Positions 9,201-19,687 of a stretch of 64,000 nt of DNA are shown here, piece after piece. Each line of letters starts with the position of its first letter. Within the stretch, counting starts at the first letter, position 1. Both the position numbers and the translations under genes were made by a program. The stretch spans positions 97,024 to 161,023 of the forward strand of contig JBIKUX010000001.1 of the NCBI GenBank assembly GCA_044347345.1, given 5' to 3'. Below the pieces are notes generated by a model that worked only from the letters and a program-made list of their open reading frames with translations, did not search any database and was not told where the DNA came from. The DNA comes from Bdellovibrionota bacterium (GTDB lineage: Bacteria; Bdellovibrionota_C; UBA2361; JBIKUX01).

Positions 9201-9991
9201 CCTCTGAGTAAAAAGATGGTTTTCATGTCGGTGTGCATAATTCCCCGCCCATGTGGATTTCCATCATAATTTTTTAAAGCATCTCCACCCCTTGAAATAT
9301 AAAGAGCTCCAGCAACAAGCCTCGAACGATACGGTAAGCATCCTACCTGTGAAACCAAGCCAGCAATTGTTTGAGATACGCTATCCTCTTTATCGTTGGT
9401 ATAAACGTAAACAGAAGTTTCTATACCAAATGCTTCAAGAGGTTTTAGGGGAACATCGCCAGCATGTACGTAAAGATAATCAGAGATAACTTCATTTGAT
9501 ACTGGAACTCCCCTAATTGGTATTTTTTCAGTGCTAGATTTATTACAGGTAGATATATGGGGTAGAGGCGGTAATGATTGAACTTCTCTCTTAAATCGCT
9601 CTTCAGCAGCTTTTGCTAAAGCTAAACCCTCTCTTTCATATACCTCAAAAGCCTCTGGAGAAAGACGATAAGGAGCTTCTACTTCATCTTGAGTCGGTAA
9701 AGTATCTCCATTACGCCCCAAAATTTTACCTACAATAACTAGATTGGAGAGCTCTGCGGGCAGAAATTTATACTTCTGCTGTACAGTCTTAACCATTCTT
9801 GTTAAACCAAGAGCAAAATCCCTCTCTTCTTGAGAAAGATTATTAAGCGACTGCTCTATTTCACCAGATTGAGCGTAAGCTAATGGTATTAGCGCAGAAA
9901 ACTGGGTAAAAATCATTATACATGAAATTACAAGCCAGAGTTTTTTTATGTAACGATAGCTAATCCACCTTACACTAAACATTAGCACCAT
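9191..9991 (-). CDS. Secreted or membrane-anchored protein (266 aa); first gene of the tra-like operon inside the window, function unknown (TraW-like?).
   Basis: N-terminal hydrophobic segment (LWLVISCIMIFTQFSALIPLAYA). 10-bp overlap with the next gene. Located 126 bp downstream of the gcvP stop codon. Confidence 0.25.
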   Translation of the reverse strand: MVLMFSVRWISYRYIKKLWLVISCIMIFTQFSALIPLAYAQSGEIEQSLNNLSQEERDFALGLTRMVKTVQQKYKFLPAELSNLVIVGKILGRNGDTLPTQDEVEAPYRLSPEAFEVYEREGLALAKAAEERFKREVQSLPPLPHISTCNKSSTEKIPIRGVPVSNEVISDYLYVHAGDVPLKPLEAFGIETSVYVYTNDKEDSVSQTIAGLVSQVGCLPYRSRLVAGALYISRGGDALKNYDGNPHGRGIMHTDMKTIFLLRGWR

Positions 9992-10117
9992 AATATCGTT
10001 AAGGAGAATTCTTAGCTTACTAATTAAAATTTGTTAAAAACTAAGATACCATCATCGGTTATTAAATCTGTAATCGGCTCCAAGCCTACGTTTCTTAAAT
10101 AACAAGAACCTTAACCC

Positions 10118-13000
10118 TTAAGAGTCAAGCGGTTCACAAGAACAAACTAAATTTCTATCACCATAAGCCGCATCTATTGCACCCACAGCAGGCCAAAACT
10201 TATTTATCCTGGTTCCAGAGGTAGGAAACACCGCTTTTTCGCGAGAGTAAGGATGTGACCATTCAGTAGAACTTACAACGGCAAAAGCAGTATGAGGGGC
10301 ATTAATTAAAGGATTATCAGCCCGTGGCCAAATACCCTCTTCTATCATCCTAATCTCTTCACGAATTGAAATTAAAGCCTCGCAATACCGATCAATTTCA
10401 TCTTTGCCTTCACTTTCAGTGGGCTCAATCATCATTGTTCCGGGAACTGGCCAAGAAATAGTAGGTGCATGAAATCCATAATCCATTAAGCGCCGAGCAA
10501 TATGTCCAACATCTACTCCTGCAGAATTTTTAAAAGCCCTACAATCAAGAATACATTCATGAGCTACAAAACCCGACTCACCTCTGTAAAGCACCGGATA
10601 CGCTCCCTCTAACCGCTTTACCATATAATTTGCATTAGCTATCGCTACACAACTGGCTTCTCTTAATCCTGTTTGACCCATTAATGCAATGTACATCCAC
10701 GAAATCGGAAGAATACTCGCACTACCCCAGGGTGCAGATGAAATCGGACCAATAGCTTGATCGTCACAATCATGAGTAGCAACTAAAGGATGTGAGGGAA
10801 TAAATGGAGCTAAATGCTCAGCTACAGCGATAGGACCCATCCCCGGGCCTCCGCCACCGTGAGGAATACAAAAAGTTTTGTGTAGATTAATATGACAAAC
10901 GTCCATCCCTAGCTCAGCAGGCGCCACTAAACCAACTAATGCGTTTAGATTAGCGCCGTCCATATAGACCTGCCCTCCAAATGAGTGAATAATCTCACTT
11001 GCCTGAAGCACTCCTTTCTCAAACACTCCGTGAGTGGATGGATATGTAATCATCAAAGCCGCTAAATTACTGGCATGTAATTCAGCCTTTCTACGCAGGT
11101 CAGAGATATCTATGTTACCTTCGTCATCACAATCAATTACCACCACTTGAAACCCCGCCATAATCGCACTTGCGGGATTAGTTCCGTGAGCTGATTTTGG
11201 AATTAAGCATACCAAGCGATGCCCTTCACCTCTAGCTTGATGATAAGCGCGTATAACTAGTAATCCTGCGTATTCTCCCTGCGAACCGGCGTTTGGTTGA
11301 AGAGACACGGCCTTAAAGCCCGTTATCTGCGCCAAAGACTCTTCCAAATCACTAAACAATTTCTTATATCCTCGTACCTGATTAGCAGGAGCAAAAGGAT
11401 GAATAGAAGAAAATTTAGACCACGATACCGGAAGCATTTCTGCTGACGCATTTAATTTCATCGTGCAAGAACCCAAGGGTATCATCGAGTGACAAAGAGA
11501 CAGGTCTTTTGCCTCAAGTCGCTTAATATAGCGTAAAAACTCACTCTCTGATCTATAACGATTAAAGACTTCCTGCTTCAGGTAAGGACTAGTTCGAACA
11601 ACATCAGTGCTTAGACAATCATCAATGTAAACATTTAGCGGAATAAGAGTAGCACCACAAACTTCAGCTAAATCAAAAAGGTCTTGTTCACTTACAGTTT
11701 CATCGAGCGAAATACTAACATCATTATTTGCAAGCACACGTATATTTATTCGTTTGCGAGCTGCGGCTTCAATAATAACTCTTGCTGTATATGGTGAACG
11801 CGGTGTAAATGTTACCGTATCAAAAAACGAACTAGCATACATGCTATGACCAACCGCTTTTAACGATGCAGCAAGGCGCTTAGCATACCCATGAACTCTG
11901 TCTGCTATTTGCCGTAACCCTTCTGGTCCATGATAAACAGCATACATTCCAGATATAACTGCAAGTAATACCTGTGCTGTACAAATATTACTGGTGGCTT
12001 TTTCCCTTCTGATATGTTGCTCTCTAGTTTGCAAAGCTAACCGTAACGCAACACCACCAGAAGCATCTTTAGATACCCCGACAAGACGCCCCGGAATCAT
12101 TCTCTTAAACTCATCAGTGGTAGCAAAAAATGCTGCATGGGGGCCACCATATCCGATAGGAACACCAAATCGTTGCGCACTCCCAACTACAACATCCGCT
12201 CCGCATTCTCCAGGCGAAGCTAAAATTGCTAAAGACAAAAGATCGGCACTTACGACTGCTAAAGCCCCTATCTCTTTAATTCGCTGAATTCTTGGAGACA
12301 AAGGTTTTACCTCACCTAAAGTGCCAGGATATTGCAGTAGTACCCCGAAAACTCTTTGACCTTCAGATATAAATAGATGGTCGTCTCCAACTATTACCTC
12401 TATACCTAACGCCTCAGCTCTGGTGCGAACTACAGCAATTGTTTGCGGATGACACTCTGCTGAAATAAAAAAAAAGTTCTTGGTGCTATTACTCCGAGCG
12501 CTAAAACAAAGGCTCATAGCTTCAGCTGCCGCTGTTCCTTCATCGAGAAGAGATGCATTTGCTAACTTCATTCCAGTTAGCTCACATATCATTGTCTGAA
12601 AATTGAGCAGAGCTTCCAGACGACCCTGAGATATCTCAGGCTGATAAGGGGTATATTGGGTGTACCAGCCAGGATTCTCAAAAATGTTTCGACTAATCAC
12701 TGGGGGAGTTATAGTGCCGTAGTATCCAAGTCCAATATAGGATCTCCACACTTCGTTTTGTTCAGCATAGTCACTGAGTCGTGCTAGAGCCTCATCTTCA
12801 CTTAATCCACATTGAGGGTTTATGTTACTCTGAGCAAAAGAGGGAAGAGACCAAGAGGAAACACGGCGTATCTGCTTTGGAATAACACAATCAATTAGGG
12901 AGTCGAGATTTTTAAATCCCAAACTCTCTACAATAGCGCTTAGATCATTTTGAGAAGATCCAATATGACGTTTAACAAAGCTAGAATGTTGATGATTCAT
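10118..13000 (-). CDS. gcvP: Glycine dehydrogenase (decarboxylating), single-chain P-protein of the glycine cleavage system.
   Basis: 960-aa ORF with hallmark GcvP regions ([57 protein letters not shown]). Confidence 0.95.
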   Translation of the reverse strand: MNHQHSSFVKRHIGSSQNDLSAIVESLGFKNLDSLIDCVIPKQIRRVSSWSLPSFAQSNINPQCGLSEDEALARLSDYAEQNEVWRSYIGLGYYGTITPPVISRNIFENPGWYTQYTPYQPEISQGRLEALLNFQTMICELTGMKLANASLLDEGTAAAEAMSLCFSARSNSTKNFFFISAECHPQTIAVVRTRAEALGIEVIVGDDHLFISEGQRVFGVLLQYPGTLGEVKPLSPRIQRIKEIGALAVVSADLLSLAILASPGECGADVVVGSAQRFGVPIGYGGPHAAFFATTDEFKRMIPGRLVGVSKDASGGVALRLALQTREQHIRREKATSNICTAQVLLAVISGMYAVYHGPEGLRQIADRVHGYAKRLAASLKAVGHSMYASSFFDTVTFTPRSPYTARVIIEAAARKRINIRVLANNDVSISLDETVSEQDLFDLAEVCGATLIPLNVYIDDCLSTDVVRTSPYLKQEVFNRYRSESEFLRYIKRLEAKDLSLCHSMIPLGSCTMKLNASAEMLPVSWSKFSSIHPFAPANQVRGYKKLFSDLEESLAQITGFKAVSLQPNAGSQGEYAGLLVIRAYHQARGEGHRLVCLIPKSAHGTNPASAIMAGFQVVVIDCDDEGNIDISDLRRKAELHASNLAALMITYPSTHGVFEKGVLQASEIIHSFGGQVYMDGANLNALVGLVAPAELGMDVCHINLHKTFCIPHGGGGPGMGPIAVAEHLAPFIPSHPLVATHDCDDQAIGPISSAPWGSASILPISWMYIALMGQTGLREASCVAIANANYMVKRLEGAYPVLYRGESGFVAHECILDCRAFKNSAGVDVGHIARRLMDYGFHAPTISWPVPGTMMIEPTESEGKDEIDRYCEALISIREEIRMIEEGIWPRADNPLINAPHTAFAVVSSTEWSHPYSREKAVFPTSGTRINKFWPAVGAIDAAYGDRNLVCSCEPLDS

Positions 13001-13030
13001 AAATTTGAGGTACTTCAGTAAATTAAAAAA

Positions 13031-13411
13031 CTACGCATTAACGTGAGATGTATAACTTGTTACATCCAAAAGATTAGTTAATTCCGTCTCAGTTATATTA
13101 GCTAGCTTCACTAGCCATCCGGCGCCATGCGGATCACTATTTAAAGAAGAAGGATCATTTACTAGCGTGCTGTTTACCTCAATTACTGTACCACTTACTG
13201 GAGCATAAACATCAGAAGCAGCTTTTGTAGATTCGACTACACATAAAGTAGCTCCTTTGACAATTGTAGCTCCGACTACTGGAAGCTCAACAAAAACTAC
13301 TTCTCCAAGTTCAGACTGAGCAAAAGAAGTTATACCTACAGTTGCCTCTGAACCGTTTACATCAATCCATTCGTGCTCTTTTGTGTACTTATATCTAGCA
13401 GGAAATGACAT
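13031..13411 (-). CDS. gcvH: Glycine cleavage system H protein (lipoyl carrier).
   Basis: 126 aa. The YTKEHEWI start and the lipoyl-lysine context (VVESTKAASDVYAPVSG) are typical of GcvH. Lies between gcvT and gcvP. Confidence 0.9.
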   Translation of the reverse strand: MSFPARYKYTKEHEWIDVNGSEATVGITSFAQSELGEVVFVELPVVGATIVKGATLCVVESTKAASDVYAPVSGTVIEVNSTLVNDPSSLNSDPHGAGWLVKLANITETELTNLLDVTSYTSHVNA

Positions 13412-13436
13412 AATTATTATCCTAAGGTATTTTTAG

Positions 13437-14570
13437 TTAGTTGGTAGTTGATTTTGACCGTCGTAAAGCTGAATAAAAAGGCAATTTAGCAATCCTAGCT
13501 TCTATGTTCTTACCGCGTATTTCAATTATTAAGGAACATCCCTCACTTGAATAACTCTCGTCAATTAGCGCCATTCCAATGGCTTTACCTATTGTAGGGG
13601 TAATTGTTCCACTAGTCACAACACCACATTTAACCCCTAATTCATTTTTAATAATATCCCCGTGCCTAGCAATTCCTCTACCTGTAACCTCAAAGCCTAC
13701 AAGCTTATGCTTACTATTAGTTGCACGTTCTAAAGCTTCACGCCCGATAAATTGGCCTTTTCCCATTTTCACAATCCATCCAAGACCACTTTCTGTAGCT
13801 AATGATACAGAAGAAAGTTCATGTCCATACAGTGGGTATCCAGCCTCAATTCTAAGAGTATCTCGTGCACCCAAACCACAACAAGCTACCCGAGTATTTG
13901 AGCGAAGTGTTTGCCAAAACGAACCAATAATTACCTTTGGTATGAAAAATTCAAACCCATCCTCACCCGTATAACCTGTACGCGCAGCAATACAAGACAC
14001 ACCCTCCCAAAAAAATTCCGTAAAATGGAAGTATTTTAAGGTATCAACCTTAGCAGAGACCAAATCTGGTATTTCCTTAACAACCTCTACAGCAAGAGGG
14101 CCTTGTAATGCTACTTGTCCGAATCCATCCGACTCATCTACTACCGTAACCTTGCCATTAAATTGCTCAGAGCATGAAATTAACCATTCAAAATCTACAT
14201 TTATATTTGCCGCATTAACGCACAAGAGATACTCATCGTTGGTTAAACGGTAAACGATGATGTCATCAATAACGCCTCCCGTATCATTCAAAAGAGCTGA
14301 ATATTGAGCTTGTCCATTTTGCAATCTTAATACTGAGTTACAGGTGACATAATCTAAGAAAGATCCAGCATCTTCACCAAGAATCCTAATTTCTCCCATG
14401 TGACTCACATCAAAGATACCAACTTTGTTGCGAACATGCTCATGCTCCTGTCTTAGTCCCGCATATTCAATTGGTAAGTACCAACCCGCAAAGTCTACCA
14501 TCTTTGCACCATCAGCCAGATGAAAATTAAGTAAAGGGGTTTGTTTGAGCTGTAACTTATTATGTTCCAT
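13437..14570 (-). CDS. gcvT: Aminomethyltransferase (glycine cleavage T protein).
   Basis: 377 aa. GcvT-like motifs (GWYLPIEY, IFDVSHMGEI, ARDTLRIEAGYPLYGHEL). Sits in an operon with gcvH and gcvP. Confidence 0.9.
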   Translation of the reverse strand: MEHNKLQLKQTPLLNFHLADGAKMVDFAGWYLPIEYAGLRQEHEHVRNKVGIFDVSHMGEIRILGEDAGSFLDYVTCNSVLRLQNGQAQYSALLNDTGGVIDDIIVYRLTNDEYLLCVNAANINVDFEWLISCSEQFNGKVTVVDESDGFGQVALQGPLAVEVVKEIPDLVSAKVDTLKYFHFTEFFWEGVSCIAARTGYTGEDGFEFFIPKVIIGSFWQTLRSNTRVACCGLGARDTLRIEAGYPLYGHELSSVSLATESGLGWIVKMGKGQFIGREALERATNSKHKLVGFEVTGRGIARHGDIIKNELGVKCGVVTSGTITPTIGKAIGMALIDESYSSEGCSLIIEIRGKNIEARIAKLPFYSALRRSKSTTN

Positions 14571-14597
14571 ATTTTTTGTAACTCCCGTTGCGCATGC

Positions 14598-15539
14598 TTA
14601 ATGTTTTTTCTGAACCCTTCGTCGATATAGGTCAAAGGTATTCTGTAACAGCATAGCAACAGTCATAGGCCCTACCCCACCCGGAACAGGAGTGATTGCG
14701 GCACAACGTCCATAAACTGCTTTGTAATCAACATCTCCCACAAGAACCCCACTGGCCAAGCGATTGATACCGACATCTATTACTATAGCTCCCTCTTTCA
14801 CCCAAGCTGGGGTTATCAAACCAGCTACTCCCGATGCAGCGACTAAAATATCAGCATCAGCGGCAATCTCATTTGGATGACTACTTTTAGAATGCAAAAT
14901 AGTTACAGTTGCATCTCTCTCCAGTAAAAGTAAGGCAATTGGCTTACCAACTAAAATTGATCGTCCTACTACAACTGCATTTTTACCAGAAAGTGACTTA
15001 GGTTTAGCTACTTCCTGAGGGATGGTATGAGATGAAAGAGCATAATCTAGTAACTTCATCGCACCAGCGGGAGTGCAAGGAATAGGAGAACCAATACGCT
15101 TTGCTTCTCCGCGGATAAGATAACCTTGGTTTATCGAATGCAACCCATCAGCATCTTTCCAAGGATCAATCACAGCAAGTAAATTATCAGCTACAAGATG
15201 TTTGGGTACGGGCAATTGCAACAAAATACCGTCAATTGCAGGATTTTGGTTAAGATTTTTTATTACCTGAACCACATCATCTTCAGAAGCATCTGCCGAA
15301 AGCGTATGCTGTTCAGTGTAGAAGCCACATTTTTTGGCAGCTCTCTCCTTATTTCTAACATAAGTGACTGATGCGGGATTATCTCCAACAAGGATAACAG
15401 CCAAGCCCGGCTGACGGCCAAAGCTACTAACAAGCTCTTTTACTTGATTGCTTAGTCGCTCAGTTACAGCACGTGCCAGCGCTTTCCCATCAAGTATTTT
15501 AGTATGTTGAGGAGTTAATATATTGTCGCTAGTCATCAT
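14598..15539 (-). CDS. folD: Bifunctional 5,10-methylene-tetrahydrofolate dehydrogenase/cyclohydrolase.
   Basis: 313 aa. FolD-like sequence (LDGKALA, GRSILVGKPIALLLL, ITPVPGGVGPMTVAMLLQNT). Directly upstream of the gcv genes, which fits a shared one-carbon role. Confidence 0.9.
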   Translation of the reverse strand: MMTSDNILTPQHTKILDGKALARAVTERLSNQVKELVSSFGRQPGLAVILVGDNPASVTYVRNKERAAKKCGFYTEQHTLSADASEDDVVQVIKNLNQNPAIDGILLQLPVPKHLVADNLLAVIDPWKDADGLHSINQGYLIRGEAKRIGSPIPCTPAGAMKLLDYALSSHTIPQEVAKPKSLSGKNAVVVGRSILVGKPIALLLLERDATVTILHSKSSHPNEIAADADILVAASGVAGLITPAWVKEGAIVIDVGINRLASGVLVGDVDYKAVYGRCAAITPVPGGVGPMTVAMLLQNTFDLYRRRVQKKH

Positions 15540-15745
15540 TCTTTTTGTTCATCTTCATGCTTGCATACCGCATATAACTCTTTCAATTTTAATTAATTTG
15601 AAAGTACGGAAGTTAATATATTCATAAAGCGTAACCGTACAATAAATTTTGTAAAATTTTAATGATAATTGTATGCTTTTTAAAATTAACAACAGCGCTA
15701 ATCAAAAAAACTAAGAATAGCCTCAATTTAAATAAAGAATTACCC

Positions 15746-16855
15746 ATGAAGATTGGAATTCCTAAAGAGAGAAAAATCCTCGAAAAGCGAGTTGCACTCA
15801 CTCCTGACGGAGCGGCTGAACTCATTCGCAGAGGCCACAAAATTTTAATAGAGGCTGGAGCTGGGGTTGGTTCTTACTTTAATGATACCGAATATGAAAA
15901 AGTTGGCGCAACCATTGTTCCTACCTTGGCCGACGTTTGGTATGAAGCTGAGCTAATAGTAAAAGTGAAGGAACCCGCTCCAGAAGAATACCCTTTCTTT
16001 AGAAAAGGGCTCCTCTTATTTGATTACCTCCATTTAGCAAGTAATAAGGCGGTGACAGATGCTCTAATCGATGGTGGCGTTACTTCAATCGCTTACGAAC
16101 TGATACGAACCCAAGATGGGAAATTACCTCTTCTTGAACCTATGAGTGAAATCGCAGGTAAATTAGCAGTTCAGAACGGTGCCACTCACTTACTCGCTCA
16201 ACACGGTGGAAGAGGCGTACTACTGGGAGGTGCGGTAGGTGTAAGTCCAGCTCAAGTAGTGATTCTCGGTGCTGGTATAGCTGGAAGAGCAGCATGTGAG
16301 ATAGCTCTAGGCTTTGGCGCTAGAGTTACCATTTTAGATATCGATCACAAAAAGCTTGCTCAACTTAAAGCAGAGTTTGGTAATGCCCCTACATTATTAT
16401 TTTCGACATCTGCCACAATCGCACGAGAAGTTAGCCATGCTGACCTTTTAATTGGAGCAGTGCTTATACCTGGAGCTGCGGCACCTAAACTTGTAAATGA
16501 AAATATGGTGCAAAGCATGAAAAGTGGCTCAGTAATAGTTGATATCAGCGTAGACCAAGGGGGATGTATTACCACAACTAAAGTTACTTCGCTCCAGAAT
16601 CCTACTGAAACCCTTCATGGAGTAATTCATTACGGTGTACCTAATATGCCAGCTCAAACACCTCGTACATCAACTTTAGCGTTAACGGCGGCTACATTAC
16701 CCTACATAATCCAGCTAGCTAATGGAGGTGAAAAGTTAGTGCTAAATAATCCAGTGTTCAGTGCAGCGGTAAATACCTACAACGGGCATTTAGTACAAGC
16801 ACAAGTTGCTCAAGCATTGAATCTAAAAGCCAATTCTTTAGATTCAATGCTCTAA
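15746..16855 (+). CDS. ald: Alanine dehydrogenase. The true start is probably the ATG at 15746; the ORF track extends upstream into the intergenic region.
   Basis: MKIGIPKERK...RVALTPDG start and the GAGVAG/NAD-binding region (VVILGAGIAGRAA) are characteristic of AlaDH/PNT-family Ald. Confidence 0.88.
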   Translation: MKIGIPKERKILEKRVALTPDGAAELIRRGHKILIEAGAGVGSYFNDTEYEKVGATIVPTLADVWYEAELIVKVKEPAPEEYPFFRKGLLLFDYLHLASNKAVTDALIDGGVTSIAYELIRTQDGKLPLLEPMSEIAGKLAVQNGATHLLAQHGGRGVLLGGAVGVSPAQVVILGAGIAGRAACEIALGFGARVTILDIDHKKLAQLKAEFGNAPTLLFSTSATIAREVSHADLLIGAVLIPGAAAPKLVNENMVQSMKSGSVIVDISVDQGGCITTTKVTSLQNPTETLHGVIHYGVPNMPAQTPRTSTLALTAATLPYIIQLANGGEKLVLNNPVFSAAVNTYNGHLVQAQVAQALNLKANSLDSML

Positions 16856-16992
16856 GCCGAGTATCTGACCATTTTAATGTTTTGTCGGCTGTTCGTCAGA
16901 TGGAAAAAACTCACCACTCAAGTAACATTATTTCCTTTGATATTGAGCTTTTTAAAATACACCGAGCAAATATATGTCTTGCAACAATTAAT

Positions 16993-17352
16993 CTATCTAA
17001 CGGAAGCTGATGGTGTTTGATTAAATGAAGCTTCATCATCTGTATTGGTTATCATACCAGAATGTGCTACAGCAGATGTATCGGCTCTTATCTTTTCATT
17101 TCTCTTCACTAACACCGGAGAATTAATCTGAAGAGTGGTCATATCAGAATCTCTGCGATACGAAATATCAAATGCGGTCTTATCAACCTCGAAATACTTT
17201 TCTATCACTAAGATAAGTTCGCTTTTAAACTTAGCAATCTCTTCATTAGACAAACCTGCCCTATCCTGAACAAGAACAAATTGCAGCCTATTCTTAGCGA
17301 CTGAACTGCTTTCTGCTTTACTGTTAAATAACCGTTGCAATAATGCTAGCAC
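16993..17352 (-). CDS. minE: Cell division topological specificity factor MinE. A GTG start at 17352 is proposed; the ORF track begins at an upstream ATG that overlaps minD.
   Basis: VLALLQRLFNSK...AKNRLQFVLVQDR aligns with the MinE N-terminus (MALLDFFL...AKERLQIIVAERR). A GGAGAG Shine-Dalgarno sequence lies 6 nt upstream of the GTG. Immediately downstream of minD. Confidence 0.75.
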   Translation of the reverse strand: MLALLQRLFNSKAESSSVAKNRLQFVLVQDRAGLSNEEIAKFKSELILVIEKYFEVDKTAFDISYRRDSDMTTLQINSPVLVKRNEKIRADTSAVAHSGMITNTDDEASFNQTPSASVR

Positions 17353-17387
17353 TTGATTCTCTCCAAAACATACACAGTAACCTAGAA

Positions 17388-18224
17388 TTACGCTCCAAGG
17401 CGACGAGTTATACGTGACCATAATCCAGAACTATCAAGCTGTGGAAAAGGTACTTTTTCTCCACACAATCTTCTAGCTATTCTGTCGAAAGCTTTGCCTG
17501 CTTTGGAGCGAGGATTAAATACTGCTGGCTCACCACAATTAGCAGCAACTATCACTAAATCATCTCTTTCAACGATACCTATTAAATCTGTACCTAAAAT
17601 CTCTCGTACATCTCTAACTGAAAGCATGTCTCCTCTTTTAACAAGCTCCAAATCAAGGCGATTCACAATTAGTTGCGACTCTATTCCTCGAGATGAAAGA
17701 AGCCCGATAACACGGTCAGCGTCCCTGATAGCTGAAACCTCCGGAGTAGTAACTACAATTGCCCTATCTGCTCCAGAACAAGCGTTTCTAAAACCTTGCT
17801 CAATACCAGCTGGTGAATCAACAAGAATATAATGAAACTCACGACGAAACTGATCAAGTACCGATTTTACATCTTGCTCGTTAACCACATCTTTATCATC
17901 TGTCTGAGAAGCAGGAAGTAAAAATAAATTAGAGCTTTTTTTTGATTTTATGGTTGCCTGATTTGGTTTGCACACTCCTTTAGCTACGTCAACAAGATTA
18001 AATACAATACGATTTTCAAGACCCAGAATAACATCTAGATTTCGTAGCCCTATATCAGCATCTACCACAAGAGTACGTTGCCCGCGCAAAGCTAACGCGG
18101 CTCCCAAGGTAGCTGTAGTAGTAGTTTTACCGACTCCGCCTTTTCCAGAAGTTACTACTATAACCTCTCCTTGAGTTTTTTTTGGTGCAGTTGTTACTGC
18201 GGTAGTTCCATTCACTGTAGACAT
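17388..18224 (-). CDS. minD: Septum site-determining ATPase MinD.
   Basis: Deviant Walker A (GKGGVGKTTTTA) and a MinD-like length of 278 aa. Flanked by minC and minE. Confidence 0.95.
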   Translation of the reverse strand: MSTVNGTTAVTTAPKKTQGEVIVVTSGKGGVGKTTTTATLGAALALRGQRTLVVDADIGLRNLDVILGLENRIVFNLVDVAKGVCKPNQATIKSKKSSNLFLLPASQTDDKDVVNEQDVKSVLDQFRREFHYILVDSPAGIEQGFRNACSGADRAIVVTTPEVSAIRDADRVIGLLSSRGIESQLIVNRLDLELVKRGDMLSVRDVREILGTDLIGIVERDDLVIVAANCGEPAVFNPRSKAGKAFDRIARRLCGEKVPFPQLDSSGLWSRITRRLGA

Positions 18225-18296
18225 TATATTTTGTACCTCAGGTGTTTCTTTTTACCTTGAATTTGACCACTGACTCCCCCGATTATTCAAAAGGGA

Positions 18297-19385
18297 CTAA
18301 CCTAAATTTTCCCGAAAACTGCCGCGACTACGCACTTGTCTGGCATTATACCGCTCTACAACTATAGTATCACCGTCTACTCTCGCTATCTCAGGTTCTT
18401 TAACACGACGTCGCTTACTAAAAAAATAACTAAAACCCTCCCCAAGACCACGAGTAATTACAGTCCCAATTCGTAATTGAGTTGGTTCCAAATGATGAGC
18501 AAAGATAATTCGCCCACCTCCGCTCTCATCAAAAGCTCCAGCATGAGCTACTCCACGCAAAGCTCCCAGGACTATTATATCGCCACCAGCAACTACATCC
18601 GCGCCAGAATTGACATCGCCTAAAATAATTAGTGAATGCTCAGTTTCAATTCTTTGTCCTGATCTTAAAGTAGCAAAAACTACTCTAGCATCAGGTTCAT
18701 CCCACAACTCTGATTCATTACCTACACCAAATTTAAGCCCAATGCCTCTACTACTACTATCGCCTAGAGAACTGCTACTAGCTCTTTCACCTACCGCAGG
18801 CTTTTGCTCCGAATTACCGCGCACAAATCCAAACATATGACCGACCCCATCAAAAATAGTCCGAGTGGAGCCGCCTGAGTTAGAAGCGCCTTCTATCTCT
18901 TGATTTGGTAGCTCTTCTACCAAAGAATCGCGACGCCTTGGAGTCAAAACCTCGAGAGTTACTTTACGAGATGTAACCATTCCGGATGAATTTATTGATC
19001 TTAGAGCAGAGCTTTCTGAGAAATTAGATTCTGCGCTAGTTATGTCTCTAGGGAGTAGTTTCTTCTCTTCGGTTGTATTACTAACGGCATGACGGAATCG
19101 CACTGTTTCGACAATTATACGATACTCTTCTTCGAGCAGATTAGAAAAATGTTCTGCTAATTCCGGCGAAGCCTCCTTACCTAACCACTCAATCGTTACT
19201 CGCTGACCTTCAAGAAAACCCCTTCTAACGGCCATAAACTCCCGTAAGGCGTCCTCTAATGTCTTGGTGTCACGACGCCCATCCAAACGGAGGACAAGCC
19301 CTTCTGTGGTACCCCTTGCGCTTACTACCGATTGGTAATCACGAATGGTCTCTTTTGAGTCCTTCAAGATAGATTCCTTATTCAC
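18297..19385 (-). CDS. minC: Septum formation inhibitor MinC, with an extended N-terminal/linker region (362 aa).
   Basis: The C-terminal beta-helix region (ILGDVNSGADVVAGGDIIVLGALRGVAHAGAFDESGGGRIIF) is typical of the MinC C-domain. Sits upstream of minD. Confidence 0.8.
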   Translation of the reverse strand: MNKESILKDSKETIRDYQSVVSARGTTEGLVLRLDGRRDTKTLEDALREFMAVRRGFLEGQRVTIEWLGKEASPELAEHFSNLLEEEYRIIVETVRFRHAVSNTTEEKKLLPRDITSAESNFSESSALRSINSSGMVTSRKVTLEVLTPRRRDSLVEELPNQEIEGASNSGGSTRTIFDGVGHMFGFVRGNSEQKPAVGERASSSSLGDSSSRGIGLKFGVGNESELWDEPDARVVFATLRSGQRIETEHSLIILGDVNSGADVVAGGDIIVLGALRGVAHAGAFDESGGGRIIFAHHLEPTQLRIGTVITRGLGEGFSYFFSKRRRVKEPEIARVDGDTIVVERYNARQVRSRGSFRENLG

Positions 19386-19687
19386 GATAAAACTTTTTTA
19401 ACCTGTACTTCACCTTTACTTTTTTTTAAGCCTGCTGGTTACTATCTAACTCGAGCTAGTGCCCAACTTAGTCAGATAAGAAAATCAGTCTGTATTTGAG
19501 TTGGTTTTGTAAACCCTATTTAAAACTTAAACTTTAAGTTGCTTATACCAAACGGACAGCGCATGGGTCAACGGGATAATTTTAATCTATGTTAGACTAA
19601 GAAAACGCGAAGACTACCGTTGTCCCGCCTTTAGTGAGCTTTAACCAATCCAAATAAGTCTTGGTTTAACTTTTTTAGGACGTTGTC

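Noticed and set aside
15622-15840. 72-aa minus-strand ORF in the folD/ald divergent promoter region
   Set aside because: It overlaps the ald start and the promoter region, has a hydrophobic, low-complexity translation and no RBS, so it is probably not a gene.
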